Shown here piece after piece: positions 28,598 to 38,288 of a DNA stretch of 64,000 bases (position 1 is the stretch's first letter; every line of letters starts with the position of its first letter). The notes beneath the pieces were generated by a model. The model did no database searches and had not been told where the DNA came from. It saw nothing but the letters and a program-made list of their open reading frames with translations. The stretch is taken from assembly GCA_034430395.1 (NCBI GenBank), contig DAOUEQ010000012.1:6651-70650 (forward strand). Reading direction: 5' to 3'. The stretch comes from Anaerolineales bacterium. GTDB lineage: Bacteria; Chloroflexota; Anaerolineae; Anaerolineales; E44-bin32. Made by a program: the position numbers and the translations under genes.

Positions 28598-28816
28598 CAT
28601 ACTCGCCTCATAGCGCATGCTGCGCCCGAGACCGGAAGCAGAGCTTCTTGAATCAAAACAAATCATTAGTAGTAAACCAGGTAAGGGCGACGCGTCGACG
28701 TACTCTTCTACTTGGTCAGCTCAAGGTGAATTGAAATTTAGACGCACAGATGGGCGCGCCCCCACATTAAATAATCGTAACAACCGATCCGCGTGTTGGC
28801 CCACATCACGCCATAC

Positions 28817-28852
28817 AACCTCCCGCAGGTTTTTGTTCCTTTCGGGAGGTTG
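28817..28852. repeat. degenerate copy of the intergenic palindromic repeat
   Basis: AACCTCCCGCAGGTT-TTTG-TTCCTTTCGGGAGGTT. The left arm is exact and the right arm is decayed. Confidence 0.55.
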
Positions 28853-29002
28853 TCTTTATCATTTCGAGGAGTGGGGTGGGCGAAGTCACCGATGATTTGC
28901 CCACCGACAATGCCGTAGAGATGCAGCATGCTGGGTCTTGTTGTCCGCACGGCATATTCGAACAAGGTTTACATCAAACGAACCACGAAAAACATTATGG
29001 CA

Positions 29003-30178
29003 TCACGGAATGTGAAAACGAATCGCCCACTGGCCGGCTTTGGGGTCAAATATCTCGGAGGACGTATTAACGAGCTCGATCCAAGTCGACCCAGGTTTCA
29101 AGGCATAGGGTTCTCCGTCTGGTATGTTGAAACGCAGCCTACCGCCCGGATCACGCCGCCATTCGACCTCGTACACGTACCCATCGCGGAACGCCAACGC
29201 TCTTCCTGCGCCATCCAAATGGATCTCCACGAGTCCCAATGTGCCCGACAAAAACGTATGCGGCACGATTACGACAATGACGTTCTCCGCATCTATCTGC
29301 TCACCATCGAGGGCATCCGCGAGCAGAGCAACTTCTTCATCATCCGCGCCAGTCTCCTGTGATCGAAGGTATACGCTTTGCTCGTCAGCGTATTCCCAGC
29401 GGTGAAAGTTAACATCCGCGTAACGAATGTCAAGAACATCCCCTCGCTCTCCGCCACCCGGAGCCTCAGCGGAGAAGACGAGTCCGCTCAGGTCTGGAGG
29501 CGTGTTATCCACACCCTGTGAGAGGATGTAGGTCTGCAGATCGATCGTACTCGTGATGAGGTGGTTGTAGTTCACCGGGTCGAAACGGCACATCGGCGGG
29601 CAGCGCGCTGGATACTCGGTCACCGTCCGCTCTGCAAACGCCGATTCGGCAATTCTCTCCCGGACCCGGAAATCCGCGCTTCCATAAGCGAAGACCGCCG
29701 CGTACATGTTAACCAATTCGATGTCAATGAAACGTGCGGATCGAATCGGACCCACGATCGCGGCATCCTGACCGTAGAATAAGGCTGAGAAGCGCGTCAA
29801 ACCACCTTCAGCGTAGTGTTCGAAAACGATGTCAGCGCGAGAAAGCCCCCATTGGGGACGATTGTTGCGTGGAAAGTTTGAGATCTTAATTAACATGGGA
29901 CGCCGCTGCAGGAGCGATGCGACGTCAATAACTTCGCCGGTCAGAGGATTGATGGCATTCTTAGCCGCATCCCCCTGCCCGCTGGGAGCGGATGGCCTTG
30001 CAGTGGTCGCTGTTTCCGTCAGCACCATGGTGCTTACCGCTGTGGGGGTGGCCGAAATGGAGGTGTAAAGAGGTGCAGTGGGTGATGGTTTTTCTAATCT
30101 GGGCGTCGCGAGGCTACTCGTGCATGCGCAAAGAAAGATGGAAATCAGGAAGAGAGAACCTGCTCTGGTGGCTTGCAT
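29003..30178 (-). CDS. DUF3048 family lipoprotein
   Basis: Lipobox SIFLCAC, then a Pro/Thr/Ala linker. PQWGLSRADIVFEHYAEGGLTRFSALF is typical of DUF3048. Confidence 0.7.
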   Translation of the reverse strand: MQATRAGSLFLISIFLCACTSSLATPRLEKPSPTAPLYTSISATPTAVSTMVLTETATTARPSAPSGQGDAAKNAINPLTGEVIDVASLLQRRPMLIKISNFPRNNRPQWGLSRADIVFEHYAEGGLTRFSALFYGQDAAIVGPIRSARFIDIELVNMYAAVFAYGSADFRVRERIAESAFAERTVTEYPARCPPMCRFDPVNYNHLITSTIDLQTYILSQGVDNTPPDLSGLVFSAEAPGGGERGDVLDIRYADVNFHRWEYADEQSVYLRSQETGADDEEVALLADALDGEQIDAENVIVVIVPHTFLSGTLGLVEIHLDGAGRALAFRDGYVYEVEWRRDPGGRLRFNIPDGEPYALKPGSTWIELVNTSSEIFDPKAGQWAIRFHIP

Positions 30179-30257
30179 CTTGCATCACTCATAAAACGGC
30201 GCGGGATTGTAACACACCACTGAGGCGAATATCTATGATGTAGGAGCAAGGGTTGGT

Positions 30258-30286
30258 TTGCAACGCCCCATCCCAAACGGTATAAT
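30258..30286 (+). promoter_or_regulatory. sigma-70-type promoter candidate for the DUF4388 operon
   Basis: TTGCAA, a 17-nt spacer, then TATAAT. It lies about 115 nt upstream of ATG 30403. Confidence 0.5.
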
Positions 30287-30402
30287 CCCGCGACCCTTAG
30301 TATGAGCGTATCTCGAGCAGATCAACACCTTGATCTGGTTGAGAAACAGTCATTATTGGTACACCTACTAGGTAAACCTGGAAGAATTAAAGAATAAATA
30401 GA

Positions 30403-31218
30403 ATGGCACTCAAGGGCAACCTACGCGACTTTAACGTCACCCAGCTTCTGAATCTGATCAACATTGCCCAGAAGACCGGCACGCTCACGGTCGAGGGTCC
30501 AGATGCTATATCCTGGATTTCCTTCCGCGCCGGAAAATTAATCTACGCACAAATGGGAAACGAGGACGGAAGTCTGACCGGCATCCTCACCCGCGCGGGA
30601 AAGATTACTCCCAAACAAGCTGACGTCATCAAGGAAAATGCTACAGAAAAGAGCGACCAAGGTCTTGGCCTGCTCCTAATAAACGCTGGCTATCTCTCTC
30701 AGCAAGTCATCCTGAGCAGCATCCAACAGTACATCCTTGACATCGTTTACCAACTCTTCACTTGGATCGATGGACTCTTCCGCTTCGACAATGACGTCCT
30801 ACCACCCACCGATGCAATCACGGTGCGCATGGACCTTGAAAACATCATCATGGAAGGCTCACGCCAGACACAGGAATGGGAACTGCTTAAAGATGAGATC
30901 CCTAGCCTTGATATGGCGCTAACTTTCGTAGACCGACCAGGCGCCAACATTCGTGATGTTCAACTCACGGTTGAGGAATGGAAGGTCGTGTCCTATATCA
31001 ACCCCAAGAACACCCTCAAACAGATCGGTAAAACCAATAAGATGAACGATCTTGAGATCCGGCGCATTGTCTATGGGTTGGTACAAGCCGGCTTGGTTGA
31101 AATCATCCGCCCAGAAGGTATGCCGCTGCCTCCAAAAGCCAAAAAACTACCACCCGTTGATAAGAAGCAGCAGACTTCACTCGTGAATAAGTTGATACAT
31201 AGAATCAGATCCCTATAG
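30403..31218 (+). CDS. DUF4388 (PATAN-like) domain protein
   Basis: The N-terminal LKGNLRDFNVTQLLNLINIAQKTGTLTV matches the DUF4388 signature. A second DUF4388-like repeat follows. Confidence 0.7.
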   Translation: MALKGNLRDFNVTQLLNLINIAQKTGTLTVEGPDAISWISFRAGKLIYAQMGNEDGSLTGILTRAGKITPKQADVIKENATEKSDQGLGLLLINAGYLSQQVILSSIQQYILDIVYQLFTWIDGLFRFDNDVLPPTDAITVRMDLENIIMEGSRQTQEWELLKDEIPSLDMALTFVDRPGANIRDVQLTVEEWKVVSYINPKNTLKQIGKTNKMNDLEIRRIVYGLVQAGLVEIIRPEGMPLPPKAKKLPPVDKKQQTSLVNKLIHRIRSL

Positions 31219-31230
31219 GGGAAGTGGCGT

Positions 31231-31761
31231 ATGCAAACAGTAAAGATGGTCGTCACCGGTCCATTCAACTCTGGCAAGACAGCGTTCATTCAATCTGTCA
31301 GTGAGATTGACGTTGTCTCGACAGAGCGTAAGATCAGCACCGAGGCCGAACGCATCAAAGAGACGACCACGGTTGCGATGGATTTTGGCCGCATTACCGT
31401 AGACGACGACCTGGTACTTTACCTGTTTGGCACGCCCGGGCAGAAGCGATTTGATTTCATGTGGGAGATCCTGGCTGAAGGGATGCTCGGCTTCGTCGTC
31501 ATGGTGGATAGCGCCCGACCTGAGACATTCCGTGAGGCACGCGGCATCCTCCAGACCTTCCGAGCGTACGCCCCTACACCATATGTTGTCGCCGCGAACA
31601 AGCAGGACCTCGATGATGCATGGGAAGTGGAGGACCTGCGTATCGCCCTCGGTCTCGATTCAAAAATCAAGATGCTCCCGTGTGTAGCAAATGATCGAGA
31701 GCAGGTGAAATCCGTTCTCCTAGAACTCCTATTTAGCATTCTTGAGGAGGCGAAAGAATAG
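31231..31761 (+). CDS. small Ras-like GTPase (COG2229/CvnD/MglA-like ATP/GTP-binding protein)
   Basis: G1 is GPFNSGKT, G3 is GTPGQ, G4 is NKQD. 176 aa. Confidence 0.75.
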   Translation: MQTVKMVVTGPFNSGKTAFIQSVSEIDVVSTERKISTEAERIKETTTVAMDFGRITVDDDLVLYLFGTPGQKRFDFMWEILAEGMLGFVVMVDSARPETFREARGILQTFRAYAPTPYVVAANKQDLDDAWEVEDLRIALGLDSKIKMLPCVANDREQVKSVLLELLFSILEEAKE

Positions 31762-31907
31762 AACGGACGTATCCGGTCTTTCGCGAAAACATCTGAGGCG
31801 CTAGCCACAAAAATGCGATTGTCCTATATTATTTATTCATGGAACCAATAACCACAGGACCCACTCTCCGTTAGGCACGGAGCCCATCTTTAAAAGGAGG
31901 GAGCGTT

Positions 31908-32804
31908 ATGAAGAAGGGCCGCATCCTTGTCGTTGAAGATGACTCTGACATTGGAAATATGCTCCGGATCTACTTCACCGGACAGGGGTATGATGTTGAC
32001 CTCGCCACAACCGGATCAGACGCGCTCTCCTCCACACACTCAAACATGCCCGATCTCATCGTCCTGGACATCCTGCTGCCCGATATGGATGGTTATTCAG
32101 TCTGCCAGGAACTGCGCGGATCCTCACGGACGCATCACATCCCAATCATTTTTCTAACCCAGAAGGATACACGCAGCGATCGTATTGCCGGGTTGGAGCT
32201 CGGCGCTGACGATTACATCACCAAACCCTTCGACATTGAAGAACTCAAACTGCGGGTGCAGAACGCCATCACCCGCGCTGCGCGTGAACGTCTGATCGAT
32301 CCGCGCACAGGTCTCCCTACCGGCGCCATCATCCAGGAGAAATTGCGCGATCTCGTCGATCAAAAAGAGTGGTCTTTGCTCGATTGCCGCCTTGAGAATT
32401 TCGAAGGCTTCAAAGAAGTCTACAGCTTCGTCACCGGCGATGAACTCTTGCGGATGACGGCGGCGATGTTCGGCGAAATTCTGGCGGAGTACGGGGATGA
32501 GAAGGATTTCCTCGGGCACGCCGGCGGGGGCGACTTCATCGTGATCACCGTCCCTGCTGCTGCAGATTCGATCAGCGAGCAGCTCAAAAAAATATTCACC
32601 GAACGGATTAGAGAACACTACGCAAAAGAAGATCTGGATCGGGGTCACTTAGTCGTACCCCAGGGCAGTGGTGATGGGGTACAAATTCCATTAATGGACA
32701 TGAGCATCGGTCGGATAGATTCAACCAAGAAGGAATTCAAAGACCCACATGAAATAACAGAGGCTGCCATGGAAGCACGGCGTATGGACGCGGCGACCTC
32801 TTAA
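31908..32804 (+). CDS. response regulator: REC domain plus degenerate GGDEF-like output domain
   Basis: RILVVEDD...DLIVLDILLPDMDG...ITKPF is the REC domain. The C-terminal domain has HAGGGDFIVI in place of GGDEF/GGEEF. Confidence 0.7.
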   Translation: MKKGRILVVEDDSDIGNMLRIYFTGQGYDVDLATTGSDALSSTHSNMPDLIVLDILLPDMDGYSVCQELRGSSRTHHIPIIFLTQKDTRSDRIAGLELGADDYITKPFDIEELKLRVQNAITRAARERLIDPRTGLPTGAIIQEKLRDLVDQKEWSLLDCRLENFEGFKEVYSFVTGDELLRMTAAMFGEILAEYGDEKDFLGHAGGGDFIVITVPAAADSISEQLKKIFTERIREHYAKEDLDRGHLVVPQGSGDGVQIPLMDMSIGRIDSTKKEFKDPHEITEAAMEARRMDAATS

Positions 32805-32807
32805 AGC

Positions 32808-35750
32808 ATGCTCGCAGAAGATCTCCTTGTTTCCATTTTCATCGCACTTACGCTGCTCCTCATCGGGATCGGCATCGACTGGCGTCTCCGTTCGTCAAGG
32901 AAAACCAAGGCGAACGGCGCTGATGGGGCGATTGATGCCACCTCACCAGCTGTGAGCGTAGAAAAACCGGCTTCTCCCGATGGCGAGCTTCCGTTTGCGC
33001 TCCAATCTCTGCATGCCGCACTGAGCCATCCCGAAAATTTATCCGCCCTCGTCGAAGATGCCCTTCAAGGGATCTCCCACCTGCTCCCGTTCGATATCAT
33101 TGAGCTCAACCTGTTCGATCGGACGACCGGCCACTTCATCCCGCATCGGTTCTGTTCGCCACGCACTTCTGACTTTGTCGCCAACATGGGGGATGAGGTT
33201 TACCGCCTGGGGGAGGGCTACACTGGTTGGCTGGTCGAGCATCGCCAATCCTTGCTGCTCCCCGACGTTGGCGAGAGGGGCGATGTTCAACCAAAGGTAT
33301 GGCGTGGGGCATTCCCATTTAAATCCTACTTGGGCACCGCATTAACAGACCGGGATGAAATCGTAGGCACGCTGGAGTTGGCGCACCAGGAACCACACAC
33401 GTATGGCCACCGCCATCAAGCGCTGCTCGAAACCGCCAGCACAGCCATTGCCCTGTCGATCACGAACCTCAAACTCCACAGTCAGCATCAGCAGTTTGTC
33501 GATGAATTTGTCGGGATAACCGACATCCAAGAAGCCGCAGCCTGGGTTCACGAACCAGAAAAGTTAATGGGGAAGCTTTCCAAAACGCTCTCAGCCCGAG
33601 TCGGTGCAGATGTCCTCGGTTTGCTGTTATACGAAGAAGATTCACAATCTCTCTTCGGTCAACCGCCATTCTTCGGTGTGCCCGCGTCCTTCCTAACGGA
33701 GGAATTCGCCCTTCCCTCTCCGCCCGAGAACCCGCTTTCGACAATCTGGCAAACCCAGAAATACTGGATTTCAAACACTGCAAGGGAGGAGCAGCTCATC
33801 GACCAGATGGGGCTTCGATCCTTTGTGGAGAAGGCGGAAATCCACACGCTTCTGATCACTCCCTTAGGGGGTGATGATCAGCGGATCGGCGCTATCCTGG
33901 CGGGGAATACAGACGCAGAGTCAAAGTTCTCCGAGGGAGATGCCGAAGTCCTGGCCTCGCTCTCGCGGCTTTGCCCGCCCCTTATCACGGCATCGAAGAA
34001 TCTAACCGGAGATCAAGGCGTTGACACGCCCGATGCCGTAGACGTTACCACCCCGGGTGCATCTCTCGATTCTTCGGTTCCGCCCGCGGCGGATACCCCA
34101 ACCGGCGCTCTCGAATGGGCAGAGGCACTGCTTAGGATCTCAGCAGAATTGTCCTCCAGCCTCGATGTCGATCGTGTACTCGAGAGAACGCTTGCCCTCA
34201 CCAGCGAACTTATCGGCGCCGCCAATGCATACATCCTGTTGCTTTCGCCAGAGGGCGACCATCTGCAACTGCGCGCTTCTTTTGGCGAAGGGGATCCCGG
34301 AAGCCTGCATACGGACCTGGAGCCACAGGATGGTCTTGCTAGCTGGGCCATGTCACGCAGCCAGTCCGTGCTAATCGATGATCTTACCCAGGACGCAAGA
34401 TGGGAGGTTCTCGAAAGCGATGCACAGGAGCAACGCAGCGCCATTGCTGCACCGATTATCGGCGGGGATGATGCAATCGGAGCGATGCTCTTCACCCATC
34501 ATGATCTGGCGGCTTTCGCTCCTGAACAACAAAGGTTGGTGCGCGCGGTTGCCGGTCAGGTCGGCGGGGCAATTAAAAACGCCGAGTTGTACCATGTTAT
34601 AAGCGATCAAGCTGAGCGCCTAGGTTCCATGCTGCGGTCCCAGCAGGTCGAAGCCAGCCAATCGCGCGGGATACTCAACTCTATTGCTGATGGCGTTATC
34701 GTAACCGATGCGAATCACGAAATCATTCTCTTCAGCCCTTCCGCCGAACGGATCCTCGGACTTGGCAGTGAGGACGTGTTGGGACACCCCGTTTTCGATT
34801 TCATCGGAGTCTACGGCGCCGGTGGGACTCGCTGGGCAGATGCGATTCGCACCTGGAGCCAGAACCCGACCTCGATTGGCAGGGTGGCATTCCTTACCGA
34901 GCAGCTTGAGCTTGAAGACGGTCGTGTGATCTCGATTCACCCGGCGCCCGTCCTCCTGGGCGACGAATTCCTGGGAACGGTCTCGATCTTCCGTGATATC
35001 TCCCGTGAGGTCGAGGTTGATCGTCTAAAGTCCGAGTTCGTTGCCACCGTCAGTCACGAACTGCGCACGCCGATGACTTCGATTAAGGGCTTCGTCGATC
35101 TGCTTTTGATGGATGTCTCCGGCGATCTGGATGACGAACAGAGGCGTTTCCTCGAAATCGTCCGCAACAATACCTTCCGCTTGGAAATCCTGGTGAACGA
35201 TCTCCTGGACATCTCCCATCTCGAATCTGGAAAAGCCACGCTCTCTTTCCAAGCGCTGGATGTTCACCAGCTTCTTGACGAGATGAGCGAATACGTCGAG
35301 CACAGGAGCCAGGAGGAAGACAAGCAAATCAGCTTCCAGGTCGAAGCCCCGCAGAGCCTCCCCAAACTCAGGGGCGATCTCGAACGTGTGCGGCAGATCC
35401 TTGCTAATCTGGTCGAGAACAGCTTCAACTTCACACCGGCAGGGGGTTTGATCCGCATACTCGTCAGGCATGTGGGGAATCAGATTGAGATCGATGTCAT
35501 CGACAACGGCATGGGCATCTCGCTGGCGGAACAAGAGCGCATCTTCGAACGTTTTTTCCGTGGCGAGCAATCACTCCTCCTGGGCATCTCGGGCACTGGT
35601 CTTGGCCTGTCCATTGTGCTTAATCTGGTGGAAATGCACGGGGGGCGTATCTGGGTCACTTCGGACGGAATCCCGGGAAAGGGATCCACCTTCACAGTGT
35701 CGCTGCCGGCAGTAACCACAGATGATGAAGCAGCAGGGGGTATGGAATAG
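32808..35750 (+). CDS. multi-domain sensor histidine kinase (TM, GAF x2-3, PAS, HisKA, HATPase_c)
   Basis: The H-box is FVATVSHELRTPMTSIKGF. The N/G boxes are NLVENSFNFT, DNGMGI and GTGLGLSIV. There is a PAS-like region ILNSIADGVIVTD and GAF-like regions upstream. Confidence 0.85.
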   Translation: MLAEDLLVSIFIALTLLLIGIGIDWRLRSSRKTKANGADGAIDATSPAVSVEKPASPDGELPFALQSLHAALSHPENLSALVEDALQGISHLLPFDIIELNLFDRTTGHFIPHRFCSPRTSDFVANMGDEVYRLGEGYTGWLVEHRQSLLLPDVGERGDVQPKVWRGAFPFKSYLGTALTDRDEIVGTLELAHQEPHTYGHRHQALLETASTAIALSITNLKLHSQHQQFVDEFVGITDIQEAAAWVHEPEKLMGKLSKTLSARVGADVLGLLLYEEDSQSLFGQPPFFGVPASFLTEEFALPSPPENPLSTIWQTQKYWISNTAREEQLIDQMGLRSFVEKAEIHTLLITPLGGDDQRIGAILAGNTDAESKFSEGDAEVLASLSRLCPPLITASKNLTGDQGVDTPDAVDVTTPGASLDSSVPPAADTPTGALEWAEALLRISAELSSSLDVDRVLERTLALTSELIGAANAYILLLSPEGDHLQLRASFGEGDPGSLHTDLEPQDGLASWAMSRSQSVLIDDLTQDARWEVLESDAQEQRSAIAAPIIGGDDAIGAMLFTHHDLAAFAPEQQRLVRAVAGQVGGAIKNAELYHVISDQAERLGSMLRSQQVEASQSRGILNSIADGVIVTDANHEIILFSPSAERILGLGSEDVLGHPVFDFIGVYGAGGTRWADAIRTWSQNPTSIGRVAFLTEQLELEDGRVISIHPAPVLLGDEFLGTVSIFRDISREVEVDRLKSEFVATVSHELRTPMTSIKGFVDLLLMDVSGDLDDEQRRFLEIVRNNTFRLEILVNDLLDISHLESGKATLSFQALDVHQLLDEMSEYVEHRSQEEDKQISFQVEAPQSLPKLRGDLERVRQILANLVENSFNFTPAGGLIRILVRHVGNQIEIDVIDNGMGISLAEQERIFERFFRGEQSLLLGISGTGLGLSIVLNLVEMHGGRIWVTSDGIPGKGSTFTVSLPAVTTDDEAAGGME

Positions 35751-35752
35751 GG

Positions 35753-36118
35753 ATGGCAAAGATACTTGTCGTGGAGGATGAACGCGATATCCGCGAGCTC
35801 ATCGAGTTTGCGCTTCACTATAACGGCCATGAAGTCCTGACCTCGATCGACGGTGTGAGCGCGTGGGAGCTTGTGAGGGCAGAACAGCCCGATTTGGTGC
35901 TGCTTGACGTGCGCATGCCGCGCATGGACGGATACGAGGTGTGTCGCAGGATCAAACGCAGCGAAAAATTGCGCCATATCCCCGTTGCCTTCCTCTCGGC
36001 GAAAGGACAGGAAAGCGAAGTTCAGGCAGGTCTGGATGCCGGAGCAGAGGAGTACATTCTTAAACCTTTCTCTATGGATCAACTTATCCAGGCGATCGCA
36101 CGACTGCTGAACAATTGA
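35753..36118 (+). CDS. single-domain CheY-like response regulator
   Basis: KILVVEDERDI...DLVLLDVRMPRMDGYEV...LKPF. 121 aa. Confidence 0.85.
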   Translation: MAKILVVEDERDIRELIEFALHYNGHEVLTSIDGVSAWELVRAEQPDLVLLDVRMPRMDGYEVCRRIKRSEKLRHIPVAFLSAKGQESEVQAGLDAGAEEYILKPFSMDQLIQAIARLLNN

Positions 36119-36187
36119 TAGTTAGAAAATTCCGAAGAAAACCATATCCGATTAAATAATGTTATACTGCTAATAACATTTACGATT

Positions 36188-36282
36188 AGACGCACGGGGA
36201 GTCCAACCGGACTGAGAGGAGGGCTACGACCCTCGACCCGCAGAACCTGATCCGGATCATACCGGCGTAGGGATGGCAGCAC
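36188..36282 (+). promoter_or_regulatory. TPP (THI-box) riboswitch aptamer
   Basis: ACGGGGAGTCC...CTGAGA...ACCC...GAACCTGATCCGGATCATACCGGCGTAGGGA matches the THI element consensus almost perfectly. It is followed by the hairpin GCCACTCC(36301-08)/GGAGTGGC(36317-24), which covers the AAGGAG SD. Confidence 0.9.
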
Positions 36283-36331
36283 ACGATGCACCAAACAGCA
36301 GCCACTCCCTGCCCAAGGAGTGGCATTTTCC

Positions 36332-36985
36332 ATGCTACATCGTACGCTCATCCTCACAAACGGAGAACTCCTAAATGGCCCCGCGCTCAAGGCGCGCATA
36401 GACGCCTGGAACCCCGATCAGGTGATTGCCGCAGATGGCGGCAGCCGCCACGCGTCCACACTTGGATTAAGGATCGACCTTGTAGTTGGTGACCTCGATT
36501 CAATTAAGGTCTCACAGCGCGAGACCCTCCGTGCGCAAGGCACGCAATTCGAACATTTTAATGCCCAGAAGGACGAGACCGACCTCGAATTGGCGCTGCT
36601 GCATGCCGTCGATCAAGGTGCAACCGAAATTGCAGTCGTCGGCATTATCGGAGACCGGCTGGATATGGTTCTGGCGAATATGCATCTCCTCACGCTCAAT
36701 GCGTTATCCCTAATCCGCGTTGAACTCTGGCTTGGGCGCCAAACCGCCTGGCTGATTCGCCCTCCCGGCGAGGAGTTTGAGGGCGCTCCGGGAGATACGC
36801 TAAGCCTGGTCCCCCTAAAAGGGGATGTAACCGGTGTTACCACCAACGGACTGGCCTATCCGCTGCAAGGGGAGAAGCTTTTCTTCGGACCTACCCGGGG
36901 TGTCAGCAACGTAATGGAAAAGGATGTTTGCCGCGTGGATTTGGAAGCAGGGATATTGCTTGCGGTGCATACTCGGGCGGTGTAG
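36332..36985 (+). CDS. thiN: thiamine pyrophosphokinase
   Basis: ILTNGE...VIAADGG...VVGDLDSI...QKDETDLELAL...VVGIIGDRLDMVLANMHLL is the TPK pattern. The alternative start GTG 36320 lies inside the SD-sequestering helix. Confidence 0.8.
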   Translation: MLHRTLILTNGELLNGPALKARIDAWNPDQVIAADGGSRHASTLGLRIDLVVGDLDSIKVSQRETLRAQGTQFEHFNAQKDETDLELALLHAVDQGATEIAVVGIIGDRLDMVLANMHLLTLNALSLIRVELWLGRQTAWLIRPPGEEFEGAPGDTLSLVPLKGDVTGVTTNGLAYPLQGEKLFFGPTRGVSNVMEKDVCRVDLEAGILLAVHTRAV

Positions 36986-37073
36986 CCCCTGCGGATCCAC
37001 CGCTGCGCACCTCGAAATTTGTGGTTATCTCTTTGTTTTGTGAGTAACTGGAGGCAATGGAGGGCTGCATAAC

Positions 37074-37376
37074 ATGACCATCGATCCCGAACGTACAGTG
37101 AATGTCGCTGTTCAGGTGCTGCCTCTGCATGAGGATGTGTACCGAATTGTTGGCCGCGCCATCGGTGTCATCGCAGAGAGCGGCGTTAAATACGAGGTCG
37201 GCCCAATGGAGACCGTAATGGAGGGGCATCTGGACACCCTGCTTGAGATCGCGAAACAGGCTCACCTGGCCTGTTTCGAAGCCGGTGCAGAAAAAGTGGT
37301 AACGGTGATCAAAATCGGCGATAGCACAACTGGTACCTCAATCGAAGAGAAGGTCGCCAAATACCGTAGTAGTTGA
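37074..37376 (+). CDS. MTH1187/YkoF family thiamine-binding protein (UPF0045)
   Basis: 100 aa. VNVAVQVLPL....Y..V..AI.VI..SG.KYEVGPMETV.EG..D.L is the YkoF/MTH1187 fold pattern. It sits in a thiamine operon. Confidence 0.7.
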   Translation: MTIDPERTVNVAVQVLPLHEDVYRIVGRAIGVIAESGVKYEVGPMETVMEGHLDTLLEIAKQAHLACFEAGAEKVVTVIKIGDSTTGTSIEEKVAKYRSS

Positions 37377-37412
37377 CTCTGACTTCAACACCAGCCCGGG
37401 AGATCACAGCAA

Positions 37413-38237
37413 ATGGACGGCGGAACCAAAGGCAGCCAACATCGAGCGACTCGCTTCTGGCATGATGCTCTTCCACCACTCCTGCTCGTCTGCTTCGTTT
37501 TACTTGTATGGCAAACCGTCGCCGTTCGCAGCGGTCTCTCCGCCTTCATCCTCCCCTCACCTATCCGGGTTGCACAGGCCACATACGAAACCTGGCACAT
37601 ACTGCTCCCCGCGATCTGGACGACGATGGTGGAGACAGCCATCGGCCTGGGTATCGCCATATTGTTCGGCGTGGCTATTGCCGCAATGATGGACCTCTCG
37701 AACTTACTGCGCAGGGCGCTCTATCCTCTCCTGGTCGCTTCACAGACAGTGCAGATCCTGGCGATCGCTCCACTGCTCATTATCTGGTTCGGTTTTGGGC
37801 TTCTGCCAAAGGTCCTCATCGTGATCCTGATTTGCTTCTTCCCGCTGGCGGTTAATACGGCGGATGGACTCTCCTCAGCAGACCCGGACCTGGTCGCCCT
37901 CCTGCGCTCTATGGGAGCCAGGCGCGTCCAGATCTGGCGCGTGGTTCGGTTTCCCGCCGCGCTGCCCTCATTCTTCTCTGGCCTGCGTATTGCCGTTACC
38001 TATAGCGTTGTCGGCGCGACGATCGCGGAATGGGTGGGCGGTTCGGCAGGACTTGGTCTCTACATGCTGCGGTCGAAGAACGCGCTGGCTACAGATCAGG
38101 TTTTCGTCGCCATCGTCGTGACCTCGGTCATCAGCATTGGACTCTACACGCTTGTCTATGCCCTCGAGCGCACCGTGCTTCCCTGGTACCACACCACCCA
38201 GCGCGAAGAACACTGGGAGGGCGCCGGCATATATTAA
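37413..38237 (+). CDS. ABC transporter permease (NitT/TauT family; ThiX-like HMP/thiamine-precursor uptake)
   Basis: About 6 TM segments. The EAA-like loop is SMGARRVQIWRVVRFPAALP. Riboswitch context. Confidence 0.8.
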   Translation: MDGGTKGSQHRATRFWHDALPPLLLVCFVLLVWQTVAVRSGLSAFILPSPIRVAQATYETWHILLPAIWTTMVETAIGLGIAILFGVAIAAMMDLSNLLRRALYPLLVASQTVQILAIAPLLIIWFGFGLLPKVLIVILICFFPLAVNTADGLSSADPDLVALLRSMGARRVQIWRVVRFPAALPSFFSGLRIAVTYSVVGATIAEWVGGSAGLGLYMLRSKNALATDQVFVAIVVTSVISIGLYTLVYALERTVLPWYHTTQREEHWEGAGIY

Positions 38238-38288
38238 AGTGCCGGGGTGATCGATCCGGTGTATTTGTCTTTTATATGGAGCATTATC

